DNA of 43,975 nucleotides from a virus (Duplodnaviria > Caudoviricetes): the IMG/VR virus record IMGVR_UViG_3300027575_000006, positions 1 through 43,975 of that record, one strand, 5' to 3'. Below the pieces are notes generated by a model. The model had not been told where the DNA came from, did no database searches, and was given only the letters and a program-made list of their open reading frames with translations. Position 1 is the stretch's first letter; every line of letters begins with the position of its first letter. Made by a program: the position numbers and the translations under genes. This document shows, piece by piece, positions 25,859 through 35,324 of this stretch.

Positions 25859-26053
25859 ATGGCTGGTGGAATGACGTTTGGCTCTTTGATATTGGCTATA
25901 GGGGGTAGTACACTGAGCTATTTGTGGTTTAGCATATATCTGAATGACGGCGCGGTCGAGGGCTTGCTCGGCGGGATACTGTGGGGTTTTATAGCCTTTA
26001 TGGGGTTCATAATCGCTCTGGTAGGGAATTATCAATGGCGCAAGAGGAGGTAA
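25859..26053 (+). CDS. Two-TM small membrane protein
   Basis: GGAGG SD; two hydrophobic segments and basic tail. Confidence 0.55.
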   Translation: MAGGMTFGSLILAIGGSTLSYLWFSIYLNDGAVEGLLGGILWGFIAFMGFIIALVGNYQWRKRR

Positions 26054-26217
26054 GCATAGAGTTGGATATCCCAGATTTCTTGCGTTTGACTGCGCAGGAA
26101 AGAAGAGATGCGTGGCAAGCGTTCGATCTTACCTATGGTTTCAATTCTCCATTGTTTGGAGCAAGACAGAAAGGAGTTGACAATGCAGTGGATAGTAGAT
26201 CAAGCGTTTCCGACTGA
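26035..26217 (+). CDS. Small protein carrying an FtsZ C-terminal-peptide-like motif (LDIPDFLR)
   Basis: AGGGA SD; MAQEEVSIELDIPDFLRLTAQERRDAW... Confidence 0.6.
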   Translation: MAQEEVSIELDIPDFLRLTAQERRDAWQAFDLTYGFNSPLFGARQKGVDNAVDSRSSVSD

Positions 26218-26374
26218 TCCTACCTTATTGTCCTTAGTGATATTCTGTTGGCTATGGATGATATTCGGAGGTATTGTTGGGGCCTTGGTATGGGCTCCGT
26301 TCTTTATCATCTACGGAGTAGGATGTATCGTAGGTAGGTACCACAACAAGTCGCGCCCTGACCCTTCACAATAA
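26183..26374 (+). CDS. Small membrane protein
   Basis: AAGGAG SD; hydrophobic; 3' end overlaps the convergent primase by 64 nt. Confidence 0.5.
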   Translation: MQWIVDQAFPTDPTLLSLVIFCWLWMIFGGIVGALVWAPFFIIYGVGCIVGRYHNKSRPDPSQ

Positions 26375-28119
26375 GGAGCAAGCTTGCCCTTGGCAAGCTT
26401 CCGCAATAATGCAGCACTTACTTTCAGCTCGACTTCGAGGACCGGCGTCGCCAATCCTTGGTCGCGCCCGTAGGCTCCGAGGCGGGCAAGTACAGCGCCG
26501 ACTTTTGGTCCGTCGATTTCGCTGGGATCGGAGGTATAGGTGCGGTGTTCTGTGCTGGTGGTGCCCTGCAAGACCAAAGAGCCAGCCATGGGCTTCGCGA
26601 CGAAAGTGAATGGCTCTTCTCGCTCCTCCTGGTCTTTGTGCTTCATGACCTGTACTTCGATTGCGGGGCATTCGCGCAGGTTCCCCTTGACGCGGAGCAC
26701 TGTGTCGAACCCCGCGTGGTATGCGCTGCTGTCTCGCGGTCCACGCGCCTCGTCGTGACCTGTGTGGTGGACGGCCATGACACTGCAATGGAAATACTCG
26801 CACAAGTGATCACAGAACTTGACGAGCTGGGGTGCATCACGTGTGGGATCAAGCCCTACCATCATCTTGGATACAGTTTCCACTATGATTAACGCTGGCC
26901 ATGAGCCGTGACTAAGTCGTTTTATGATTTCTGCTTTGAATTCTGTTACTTCGTCTGGGAAGCACAGCATTGGCGCTGCCATGACATAGAATGGAGTCTT
27001 GCCTACTACCTCATGGGCTATACGCCAGGCGCGGCGGCGCTTGCCTTTGGTGGCCGAGCGACCTTCGTTAGCAGCGTAGAACACCGGCCCTGTGATTGTG
27101 GGGGTTGTCCCAAATGTTGGTTTACCTGTAGCAATGGCTAACCCTAAGTCGAGGGCGATGAAGGATTTGCCACCTCCACTTGGGCCATATAGCATGATGG
27201 TGCTGCGTTCTTGGATTACGCCTTCTACCTGCCATCTAGGATCGGGTTCAGTATCCATCTCGTCATCATCCTCAGGGTAAAATCGTGACTTCTTAGGCTT
27301 TTCTATAAGTATGGCTGCACTTGCCTTGAAGGCCTCCGCGGCCGACGGCGTGGCCCATGCTCCAGCCTCATTTTGCATATACGAGGCTGCATTGTTTACC
27401 TTCTGACTTAGCTCGTCGGGACTCCATGGTGGAATACAAGCTTCGTTCCACTCTGCCATTACCGTAATAGCACCCTCCGGAGAGAGGCCAAGGTTAAGTA
27501 TTTCGCAGGCGAGTCGGTAAGTGTGGTCATCCCCGCCTCTTCCTTCAATTGCAACATCTCCGCGGACAATACGTTGGTTGAGGAGTGTACGTGCCCGTTC
27601 CACATTGGTAGGAAGGTCTAGTACATGGTAGGCTGATTTTGCTTGCTCATGCTGCTGATTTGTGAGCAGCGCCACTATGCGGGTCGGCAGTTCGGCGATT
27701 GGGGCGGTGTTTGCTGGTTTATATTCTCTACCATCTACGAGTGACGGAGGAAGTAGGACATACCCTCCGCGTCCACGTGTGTCTACGCCTGGTGCTAGCT
27801 TGCCGACCGAAGACGGCAGACTGCCATAAAAGTACAAGTGCGCGCCGTCGCTCGGTGTAGTCACAGTGTAGGTTTTAGGTAATTGGAGATCGGTGAGATT
27901 CCCCCCTAAATCTTGGTCGATTACACATAGGCCGGCAGTCTCAGGGCAAAAGGCAAGATTATAGTCTGCTTCAGACCACCACTTGTCTATCTGAATTAGG
28001 TTAGTGGTAGCGTCTAGATATCCATTGGGGCATGCCGGCTTCTTACTGCCTGGCATACAGGGGAATATAGGAATATTATCTTGAGCCCAGCGGCGGGCAG
28101 TCGCGTGATTTCGTGTCAT
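26311..28119 (-). CDS. Bifunctional primase-polymerase fused to AAA_25 (RepA/DnaB-like) helicase
   Basis: IFPC..GSKKP, G..DATT, VIDQD, TPSDGAHLYF, GVDTRG.GGYVL.PPS; Walker A GPSGGGKS; VHHTGHD..RGPR.SS; ATG 28119 with GGGGA SD. Confidence 0.9.
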   Translation of the reverse strand: MTRNHATARRWAQDNIPIFPCMPGSKKPACPNGYLDATTNLIQIDKWWSEADYNLAFCPETAGLCVIDQDLGGNLTDLQLPKTYTVTTPSDGAHLYFYGSLPSSVGKLAPGVDTRGRGGYVLLPPSLVDGREYKPANTAPIAELPTRIVALLTNQQHEQAKSAYHVLDLPTNVERARTLLNQRIVRGDVAIEGRGGDDHTYRLACEILNLGLSPEGAITVMAEWNEACIPPWSPDELSQKVNNAASYMQNEAGAWATPSAAEAFKASAAILIEKPKKSRFYPEDDDEMDTEPDPRWQVEGVIQERSTIMLYGPSGGGKSFIALDLGLAIATGKPTFGTTPTITGPVFYAANEGRSATKGKRRRAWRIAHEVVGKTPFYVMAAPMLCFPDEVTEFKAEIIKRLSHGSWPALIIVETVSKMMVGLDPTRDAPQLVKFCDHLCEYFHCSVMAVHHTGHDEARGPRDSSAYHAGFDTVLRVKGNLRECPAIEVQVMKHKDQEEREEPFTFVAKPMAGSLVLQGTTSTEHRTYTSDPSEIDGPKVGAVLARLGAYGRDQGLATPVLEVELKVSAALLRKLAKGKLAPYCEGSGRDLLWYLPTIHPTP

Positions 28120-28143
28120 GTGATCCCCATATTCAGCATACAA

Positions 28144-28173
28144 ATATAGGACTCCGGATCGGGAGAAGTCAAG
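28144..28173 (-). promoter_or_regulatory. Sigma70-type promoter for primase
   Basis: CTTGAC-N18-CTATAT. Confidence 0.7.
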
Positions 28174-28356
28174 TGTTTGATCAATTTGAGGATTGGATGG
28201 TTGGATCGGCGCCAGAAAAATCTCTGTGTGTCCTCTTGCGGAAACCGCCGAACTCCATTAGGTTTATGCGACGAAAGGGGAAATCAGCATGACATTCAGC
28301 AAGAAGGTGGCGGCGCGTGGCTCTATTGAGCACATTCTTAGCATAGTTCTCCCGAT

Positions 28357-29973
28357 ATGAGGTTGGACTATGTTGACACAACGGGTGCCTTTACCTTGTC
28401 AGTACCACGCAGTAACGGGGGTCTGGTGCAGGTGTTGGTTAAGGAACACGGCCTCAGCCTATCACTGTCTGCATCGACTGCCTCTGATGCCCTCCTCTTC
28501 ACACGTGAGCCATATGCTGCCGTTGCCTTCTGGGAGTATGCTACAGATAGAGCCCGACAGAGATTGGTAGGGCTCCAGACAGAGATAGAGAAGTCGTGGA
28601 GGAGTGAGAGCAATGTCCATATTAGGTGCCCTGCCGATAGAGAACTCTGGCCTTTCCAGAGAGCGGATGTTGAGTACGTTGTCAATCGAACTCATGCGCT
28701 TGTCGGCGACGAGCCCGGACTCGGCAAGACTCCTGTTGCAATTTGCGTCGCTAACGAGATTAGAGCTAAGAGAGTTCTTGTTATCTGCCCTGCGAGTATC
28801 AGGTTACAGTGGGTGCGTAGAATTCGAGAATGGACAACTATGGACTATCCATACATCATCTATCCAATTCTCACGTCCCAGTACGGAGTCCACCCTACGG
28901 CTCACTGGACTGTAGTTAGTTATGACCTCATTCGTGTACCTCAGATAGCCGCAGCCTTGTCAAAGGGTACTTATGATCTTCTCATCCTTGATGAGGCTCA
29001 CTACCTCAAGAGTTGGGATGCCCAGCGTACAAGAGCTGTATTTGGTGGAGGTACGGATCACGGATGGCCTAGCCTTGCTAGTCGATCACAGCGTATATTA
29101 GCTCTCACAGGAACTCCGTTACCTAACAGGCCAAGAGAAGCTTATGTACTTGCTCGAAACCTGTGCTGGGATTCCATTGACTGGGCTTCTGAAGAGGGAT
29201 TCCGAGAGCGGTTTAATCCCAGTTTTAAGGGCGAAGTAGATGGGAAGGTTTTCATTGAGGAGAGAAATGGGCGTCATGCAGAGCTTCAAGCCCGATTGCG
29301 TGTAAACTTCATGGTTAGACATCTTAAGCGAGTTGTATTACCACAACTACAACTACCAGTGTATGATCTTATCCAAGTCTCTAATACTAGTATAGTTCGC
29401 CAGGCTCTCCAGGCTGAGAGTCTTCTTGCTATCAATCCTGATAGTTTGGCGGGTGCTGATGCTACTGTACTTGGACACATTGCTGTAGTCAGGAGGCAAA
29501 TGGGTGTGGCTATGGCTCCCCAAGTAGCAGATTATGTAGAGATGTTAATCCGTGGTGGTGAGGAGAAGTTGGTGCTATTCGCCTGGCATCATGAGGTTAT
29601 GGATATTTTGGAGGCTAGGCTTAAGAAGCATGGGCTAGTTAGGATTGATGGCTCCACGGGCACAGTCCGCAAGGAGCAGAGGGTGCAGGAATTCGTTGAG
29701 AACCCAGCCATCAACGTGTGCTTGGGTAATCTGCAAAGTATGGGAATTGGTACAGATGGACTACAGGCTGTTAGTTGTCATGCTCTCATCGCTGAACCTA
29801 GCTGGACTCCTGGGGATAATGTGCAAGCTTTCGATCGACTTGATAGGGGTGGCCAACGAAGGGCGGTGCAAGGTGACGTGTTTGTGGCTCCCGGTTCTAT
29901 TGCTGACCGGGTGCTGGCTTCTGCTCTTCGCAAGCTCCAGGTAACACACGCAGCTCTTGATAGGAGGTTTTGA
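28357..29973 (+). CDS. SNF2/SF2 helicase (HARP-like)
   Basis: DEPGLGKT, LILDEAH, LTGTP..NRP.E, W.PG...QA.DRL.R.GQ. Confidence 0.92.
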   Translation: MRLDYVDTTGAFTLSVPRSNGGLVQVLVKEHGLSLSLSASTASDALLFTREPYAAVAFWEYATDRARQRLVGLQTEIEKSWRSESNVHIRCPADRELWPFQRADVEYVVNRTHALVGDEPGLGKTPVAICVANEIRAKRVLVICPASIRLQWVRRIREWTTMDYPYIIYPILTSQYGVHPTAHWTVVSYDLIRVPQIAAALSKGTYDLLILDEAHYLKSWDAQRTRAVFGGGTDHGWPSLASRSQRILALTGTPLPNRPREAYVLARNLCWDSIDWASEEGFRERFNPSFKGEVDGKVFIEERNGRHAELQARLRVNFMVRHLKRVVLPQLQLPVYDLIQVSNTSIVRQALQAESLLAINPDSLAGADATVLGHIAVVRRQMGVAMAPQVADYVEMLIRGGEEKLVLFAWHHEVMDILEARLKKHGLVRIDGSTGTVRKEQRVQEFVENPAINVCLGNLQSMGIGTDGLQAVSCHALIAEPSWTPGDNVQAFDRLDRGGQRRAVQGDVFVAPGSIADRVLASALRKLQVTHAALDRRF

Positions 29974-30048
29974 TGGAGGACTGGGAAATGTATATCTTCG
30001 GCGGGGTACTCATATGTTTAGCATTCATGTTAGGGGAGGCATCGAGAA

Positions 30049-30288
30049 ATGACTGACGAAGTCTTGAAGCAGTTCAGAAGTGCTACCAAGTTCAGGCCCC
30101 CTCCTCAGTTGCAAATTGGGACGGACCTGAATAAGAACGTTCACCTCCGAATCAATGACCTCGTGGTTGTCCTATCACCACGTTCGGCAGGTGACGCAGG
30201 TGTGGCCCTTCTTAGGGCTGCTGGGGTTAAGGTAGACGCTATTCATAGGCCTGTGCTGGAGTTGCCAGGCTCAAAGTTGGAGGATTGA
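30049..30288 (+). CDS. Hypothetical protein
   Basis: GGAGG SD. Confidence 0.55.
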   Translation: MTDEVLKQFRSATKFRPPPQLQIGTDLNKNVHLRINDLVVVLSPRSAGDAGVALLRAAGVKVDAIHRPVLELPGSKLED

Positions 30289-30289
30289 T

Positions 30290-30856
30290 ATGGGACAAAT
30301 TGTAGGTGGTAAGGTCCGGGTAGCACGTACAATGCGCCCTGCGGACTTTGAAAGTAAGGTTGCTGAAGTTGAACTGTCGTTCGTAGCAGATGATGGGGAC
30401 TACCAGGCGGCGCTTGATGATGCAGCCGATGTTGCCCTGAAGAAGGTGTGCCAGGTCCTCGGCCTGACCCAGAAAGGGGAACCTGATAAAAGGCAGAAGC
30501 GGACGACTGTGCCTAAGCCTGTTGATGCTGATGTGGCCAACACCGAGAAGAAGGATGCAGCTCTGGAGGTCCTGGAGCAGATGGCTCAGGAGGAGAAGTC
30601 TGTAGCGTCAGTGGATGACCTCTCGGATGTTCTCGGAGAGGAGCCTACCAAAGTGGAGGTAATTGATGATTCTCAATTGCTCAGCGAGATTACTCATACA
30701 TTAGCTGGCATGAATAAAAAGAAGAAGAGTGATCAGAACCCAGTCCTGATCCGCAACCTGATTTCTAAGCATGCTCCTGGCAAGTCACCCGCTCGTGCGG
30801 TGGATATTGCCCAGGATAAGAGAGCCGCATTCGTGGCCGAACTCAGGAGCTTGTGA
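30290..30856 (+). CDS. Hypothetical replication-module protein
   Basis: GGAGG SD; typical position upstream of DUF2800. Confidence 0.65.
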   Translation: MGQIVGGKVRVARTMRPADFESKVAEVELSFVADDGDYQAALDDAADVALKKVCQVLGLTQKGEPDKRQKRTTVPKPVDADVANTEKKDAALEVLEQMAQEEKSVASVDDLSDVLGEEPTKVEVIDDSQLLSEITHTLAGMNKKKKSDQNPVLIRNLISKHAPGKSPARAVDIAQDKRAAFVAELRSL

Positions 30857-30949
30857 TGTGCACTACTGTAGACGGTGTTGGAGTCATGGTCACCATATTC
30901 CTTTTCCTAGTGGTGACACTGGTGGCTGACGCACTCATGAGGAAATGAT

Positions 30950-32086
30950 ATGAAGCCCTTGCACTCGCCCCTTGGGGCATCAGCAGCCGAGCGTTGGCTC
31001 AACTGCCCTGGTTCAGTCAGTCTCCTTAAGCACCTGAACCTGGGGCAGACTGATGAAGAGGACTACCAGAAGGAAGGCACACAAGCTCATGAGGTGGCAG
31101 CCCAGTGTCTGCGTAATAGTTGGGATGCGTGGGAGTCTGGCGCCGATGCTGAGATGGCTGATGCGGTTCAAGTTTATCTTGATGTATGCCGACCGTTTAC
31201 TCAGATTCCTCATGCTAGGGTGTACATTGAGGAACACTTGACATCGGCTAGCCATGCGCTGATGTATGGAACCGTAGACTTTGCTTCGGTGGCGGATAGT
31301 CTGCTTAATATCGTGGACTTCAAGTATGGACAAGGAGTAAACGTAGATGTTGAAGAGAATCCCCAGCTCATGTACTATGCCTATCTTGTTCTTGGCCGTC
31401 ATCCTGACGTACGCCGTGTTGTGCTACGTGTGGTACAGCCTCGTATCGACTATGCCGATCCAGTAAAGCGGTGGGAGACCACGGCCCAGCATATCACGGA
31501 GTGGGTGGAGACGCAATTGTTGCCCACCATGCGCGCGATCGGTGCTGGCGCAGAGGATCAGCTTGACGCCGGGGAGTGGTGCAGGTTTTGCCCGGCCAAG
31601 CTAGTGTGTCCACTGATGACTGGTATGTTTGGGGCCGCTGTTGTGGCAGACCCCAAAGTTTTGGTAAACTTGAGTGACACTGAGGTTGGCAGAAACTATG
31701 TTTTGGTGTCGGTAGTCAAGATGTACTTGAAGGCTTTGGAGGCAGATGTATTCCGACGCCTGAGCAGTGGGCATCTCGTGCCAGGTGCTAAGTTGGTGCA
31801 GAAGAAGGCTGATAGGGTATGGAAGGAGGGAGCTGAAGATGCACTTAGATTGGGTATTGCCGCTCCTGAGCTTTATGATCCGGCGACCCTTAAATCCCCT
31901 GCTCAAGTCGAGGCCCTGGGGGTGTGGGCGAAAGGTCTGGTAAAGGAATGGGCCTACAAGCCCGATACTGGACTGACGGCAGCTCTTACAACTGACAAGA
32001 GAATAGGTGTCAAACTGAAGTCGGCTACCGAGGCCTTCGGAGTCGCTGTTGCAAACATAGGAGAATCTAATGCGGGAAACTCTTGA
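30950..32086 (+). CDS. DUF2800 Cas4-like PD-(D/E)xK exonuclease
   Basis: HS.LGAS.AERWLNCPGS, EGT.AH, GTVD, IVDFKYGQG, NPQL..YA, GEWCRFCPAK..CP. Confidence 0.9.
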   Translation: MKPLHSPLGASAAERWLNCPGSVSLLKHLNLGQTDEEDYQKEGTQAHEVAAQCLRNSWDAWESGADAEMADAVQVYLDVCRPFTQIPHARVYIEEHLTSASHALMYGTVDFASVADSLLNIVDFKYGQGVNVDVEENPQLMYYAYLVLGRHPDVRRVVLRVVQPRIDYADPVKRWETTAQHITEWVETQLLPTMRAIGAGAEDQLDAGEWCRFCPAKLVCPLMTGMFGAAVVADPKVLVNLSDTEVGRNYVLVSVVKMYLKALEADVFRRLSSGHLVPGAKLVQKKADRVWKEGAEDALRLGIAAPELYDPATLKSPAQVEALGVWAKGLVKEWAYKPDTGLTAALTTDKRIGVKLKSATEAFGVAVANIGESNAGNS

Positions 32087-32120
32087 AGAGCAAAGAAAAG
32101 ATCATTAAATTGTGTTTCTT

Positions 32121-32174
32121 GGGTGCGGGACGGCCGCTTTATGGGGTTCGAGTCCCCAGCCCTCGTCCCGCCCC
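32121..32174 (+). other. tRNA-like T-arm minihelix in the ssb leader
   Basis: TGGGG-TTCGAGT-CCCCA on top of GCGGGACG/CGTCCCGC stem; no D or anticodon arm. Confidence 0.5.
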
Positions 32175-32203
32175 GTGTGGGCATCTTGTGATGGAGAAAT
32201 CTA

Positions 32204-32860
32204 ATGGCCGAAGTTGACAGCCGATACAGCCTGACTGCTCTAGTTCAGATGACGTTTCCCGCCCTCTTCCAGCCACGGAAGTTTAAGGGGCCAAATGGAA
32301 AGGAAACCGGAGAGGAGAAGTATAGCGCGAACTTCTTGTTCGACCCGAAGCACCCAGACCTGAAGCCGCTGAAGGAGTTAGCTGCTAAGGTAGCCAAGGC
32401 CAAGTGGCCGGGGCGTGACTGGAAGGCCAACCCTATTAAGTTCGCGTTCGCAGACGGGACCAAGCTTGCAGAGAAGCGGTGTGCTCAGGGTAAGAAGGAC
32501 GATGGTACTACAGTTGGCAAGGTGGTACTCTCAGCACGTTCTAAGTTCCCGCCTGCGCTCTCTGGGATTGAGAATGGGAAAATTACAGATTATGAAGGAG
32601 ACGCCAAGGAACGTGCTAAGAATAAATTCTACTCAGGCGTCCTGGTACTCGCTACGTTTAACTTCGTAGCCTACGATGGAGTAGGGGCTAATCCAGATGG
32701 CGTAACTGCCTACCTTGACATGGTGTTCACCAGCAACAAGGGTGAGCGTATTGGGAGCGCCCGGTCTGCGGCCGAGGCGTTCAAGGGATACGCCGGCTCG
32801 ATTACGGACGAGGACCCGACTGGTGGCGCCGGGTTTGCAGACGACGACATTCCCTTCTGA
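32204..32860 (+). CDS. ssb: Single-stranded DNA-binding protein (DUF2815 / gp2.5-like)
   Basis: FP.LF.P, KYS..FL, FYSG, GVTAYL..V...GERIG; acidic C-terminus DDDIPF. Confidence 0.88.
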   Translation: MAEVDSRYSLTALVQMTFPALFQPRKFKGPNGKETGEEKYSANFLFDPKHPDLKPLKELAAKVAKAKWPGRDWKANPIKFAFADGTKLAEKRCAQGKKDDGTTVGKVVLSARSKFPPALSGIENGKITDYEGDAKERAKNKFYSGVLVLATFNFVAYDGVGANPDGVTAYLDMVFTSNKGERIGSARSAAEAFKGYAGSITDEDPTGGAGFADDDIPF

Positions 32861-32904
32861 TAGGTAGCAGAGTATGTGAGTCCCACTGAGGCAGTGCCGC
32901 TACC

Positions 32905-32957
32905 TGAGCGGCCGGCGTTCCTCCCCTGGCGCCGGCCGCTCAAACTTAGGAGAGGAA
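32905..32957 (+). promoter_or_regulatory. Hairpin with anti-SD loop / putative pseudoknot in the polA leader
   Basis: 13-bp stem TGAGCGGCCGGCG/CGCCGGCCGCTCA; loop TTCCTCCCCT is 9/10 complementary to AGGAGAGGAA before the ATG. Confidence 0.55.
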
Positions 32958-34979
32958 ATGACAGAACTCGTGGTTGACTTCGAGACGCGGAGTCGCTGCG
33001 ACCTCAAGCGCGCCGGGGCTTGGCGGTACGCAGAGGATTTGAGTACTGAAGTCCTATGTCTAAGCTACGGCGATCCTCCGCGGACTTGGTATCCCGGAGA
33101 CCCAATTCCACCGGAAATCTGTGATCCCGAAGTGATCCTGGTGGCCCACAACGCGGGGTTCGAGAAGGCAATATGGCGCAATATTATGGTTTCCAGGCAT
33201 GCATGGCCTGCGGTGCCGAACAGTCGTTGGCGATGTACTATGGCGTCCTGTGCGATGCGTGCGTTGCCGAACAAACTGGACGCAGTGTTGAGAGTCTTGA
33301 GATTGCCCATCCAGAAAGATTTGGATGGATCACGGCTGACCCTGTCTTTATCTCGAGTCAATCGAAAGACAAATCTCCTGCCAGAGGTATCAAAGGATAT
33401 TTTTCTAAGGGTTGGGCTATACTGCGAACGGGATGTGGCTGCTGAGCAGAGCTTGCACAGACGCGTGGGGCCACTGACGCCCGGTGAACTCCAAGTATGG
33501 CTGCTGGATCAGAGAATTAACGAGCGTGGTATAGGTTTAGATATCCCGTTTGTTGCTCAGGCACAGGCAATAATTGACGGTGCCAGCAAACCGCTGCTTG
33601 CGGAGTTCACCGCCCTAACTGGGGGACTGAGACCAACTCAGCGGGATAAGCTGATAGCTTGGTGTGTAGCTGAAGGGTTCGCCTTGTCGAACTTACGGAA
33701 AGACACCCTGGCCGAACTCCTAGGCGACGAGGAGGAGTCCGATGAACAAGGTTGGACCGATACTGACGACGATGCAGATCAGGGAGCGGGAGTTATGGAT
33801 GCTTTCTCCCCCTCCGAGCGTGTGCGATCAGCTTTGTCAATCCGACGGTTGCTGGGTTCGGCGTCGATTAAGAAGCTTACTCGCATGCGAGATTGTGTGT
33901 GCTCTGATGGTAGAGCCAGGGGTCTCGTGCAGTATCATGCGGCTCAGACAGGCCGGTTCGGAGGACGCATCCTCCAGCCCCATAACTTCCCTACCACCCA
34001 CGCCACAGTAGAGGGGGCAAACGGTAAGCAGAAGGCCGTGTCAGTTGATACCCTCGTGCAGGCCATTATGACTGGCGACCCTGAGTATGTGCGTGCTGTA
34101 ATTGGGGAGCCAGTGACGGCCGTGATCGCCTCCCTACGCCACGCCCTGAGAGCCGCGGATGGCTGCCTGTTCGTGGCTGGGGACTACTCAGGCATCGAAG
34201 CCCGAATCCTCTTAGCCATCTCCGGACAGCACGACAAGGCTGCCTTGATGGCATCGGGAGCTGATGTGTACAGCGATATGGCCGCATCTATCTACAAGCG
34301 GCCTATCAACAAATACGATGATCCGATTGAGCGTGATATAGGTAAGCACGCTGTTCTAGGTCTAGGGTATGGTATGGGTAAAGATAAGTTTTGGTATCAG
34401 TACGCACCAGAGCAAACTCCGGAATTCTGCGACACAGTCGTGAAGGCATACAGGAAGGACTGGGCACCATGCGTCCCGAAATTTTGGTTCGGACAGGAAG
34501 ATGCTGCTGCGCGGACGGTCTACGATGGACGACCGCGAGTTTCATTCGGTATCGAGTGGAGGGTGGAGGATCAATGGTTAACTGCGCGCTTGCCCTCCGG
34601 CAGGAGGATATGGTTCTTCAACCCGATCTCGGTACGGCGCGCTATGCCGTGGGACGCTACAGACATACGGCTTGGCTGGACGTTTCAGACTGTCAAGATG
34701 GGCCAGTGGGTAGTGGTAAACGCCCATGGTGGGCTCCTGACTGGCAGGATTATTCAGGCCATGGCGCGTGATATCCTTGTCGCATCCATGTTCAAGTGCG
34801 AGAGGATGGGATTTCCGGTTTGTCTCACAGTGCACGATGAGGACGTATGTGAGGTCCCAATAGTAAGGGCAGACCCTAAGGTACTGGCACAGATAATGGC
34901 CGACACGCCCAGGTGGGTGACGGAACTTCAGATACCGATCAAGGCAGAGACGTGGGTGGGAGAGCGATATCAGAAATAA
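32958..34979 (+). CDS. polA: DNA polymerase family A with 3'-5' exonuclease
   Basis: Exo DFET, HNAGFE, YCERDV; motif A DYSGIEAR, motif B R..GK..VLGLGYG, motif C VHDE. Confidence 0.95.
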   Translation: MTELVVDFETRSRCDLKRAGAWRYAEDLSTEVLCLSYGDPPRTWYPGDPIPPEICDPEVILVAHNAGFEKAIWRNIMVSRHAWPAVPNSRWRCTMASCAMRALPNKLDAVLRVLRLPIQKDLDGSRLTLSLSRVNRKTNLLPEVSKDIFLRVGLYCERDVAAEQSLHRRVGPLTPGELQVWLLDQRINERGIGLDIPFVAQAQAIIDGASKPLLAEFTALTGGLRPTQRDKLIAWCVAEGFALSNLRKDTLAELLGDEEESDEQGWTDTDDDADQGAGVMDAFSPSERVRSALSIRRLLGSASIKKLTRMRDCVCSDGRARGLVQYHAAQTGRFGGRILQPHNFPTTHATVEGANGKQKAVSVDTLVQAIMTGDPEYVRAVIGEPVTAVIASLRHALRAADGCLFVAGDYSGIEARILLAISGQHDKAALMASGADVYSDMAASIYKRPINKYDDPIERDIGKHAVLGLGYGMGKDKFWYQYAPEQTPEFCDTVVKAYRKDWAPCVPKFWFGQEDAAARTVYDGRPRVSFGIEWRVEDQWLTARLPSGRRIWFFNPISVRRAMPWDATDIRLGWTFQTVKMGQWVVVNAHGGLLTGRIIQAMARDILVASMFKCERMGFPVCLTVHDEDVCEVPIVRADPKVLAQIMADTPRWVTELQIPIKAETWVGERYQK

Positions 34980-34994
34980 TAGCAGAGGAGTGAA

Positions 34995-35324
34995 ATGATG
35001 TCTGGAGGAAAAGCCAGCCGACAGAAGGGAGATCGATTTGAGCGAGAATGCGTGGAAAAATTTAGAGGTGCCGGAATTACCGCCACGCGAGTACCGCTCT
35101 CCGGAGCTGCTGGGGGCGTGTTTGGTGGCGACCTCCAGGTTCAAGTCAAGGGAGAAACCCGCAAAATCGAGTGCAAGATCAGAAAGCGAGCCTGGGCCGA
35201 TCTCTACGGGTGGCTCGAAAAGGACAGCCCATACGCTCTCTTGATTCGCACGAATAACAACCCCACTCTGGTAGTAATGCCCCTGGAGCGGCTGATAGAG
35301 TTAGCAGGAGGGTGGAATGGCTGA
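34995..35324 (+). CDS. Holliday junction resolvase (Hjc-like PD-(D/E)xK)
   Basis: KG.RFERE, RVPLSGA, GDL, IECK. Confidence 0.85.
   Translation: MMSGGKASRQKGDRFERECVEKFRGAGITATRVPLSGAAGGVFGGDLQVQVKGETRKIECKIRKRAWADLYGWLEKDSPYALLIRTNNNPTLVVMPLERLIELAGGWNG

Noticed and set aside
28181-28381. 66-aa minus-strand ORF as a possible repressor between divergent genes
   Set aside because: No HTH pattern, no SD, and it overlaps the helicase start
32121-32174. tRNA gene
   Set aside because: Only the T-arm is present; no D arm, anticodon arm or CCA. Kept as a tRNA-like element.
32843-32860. DDDIPF host-SSB tail mimic
   Set aside because: Expected feature of phage SSBs, not novel
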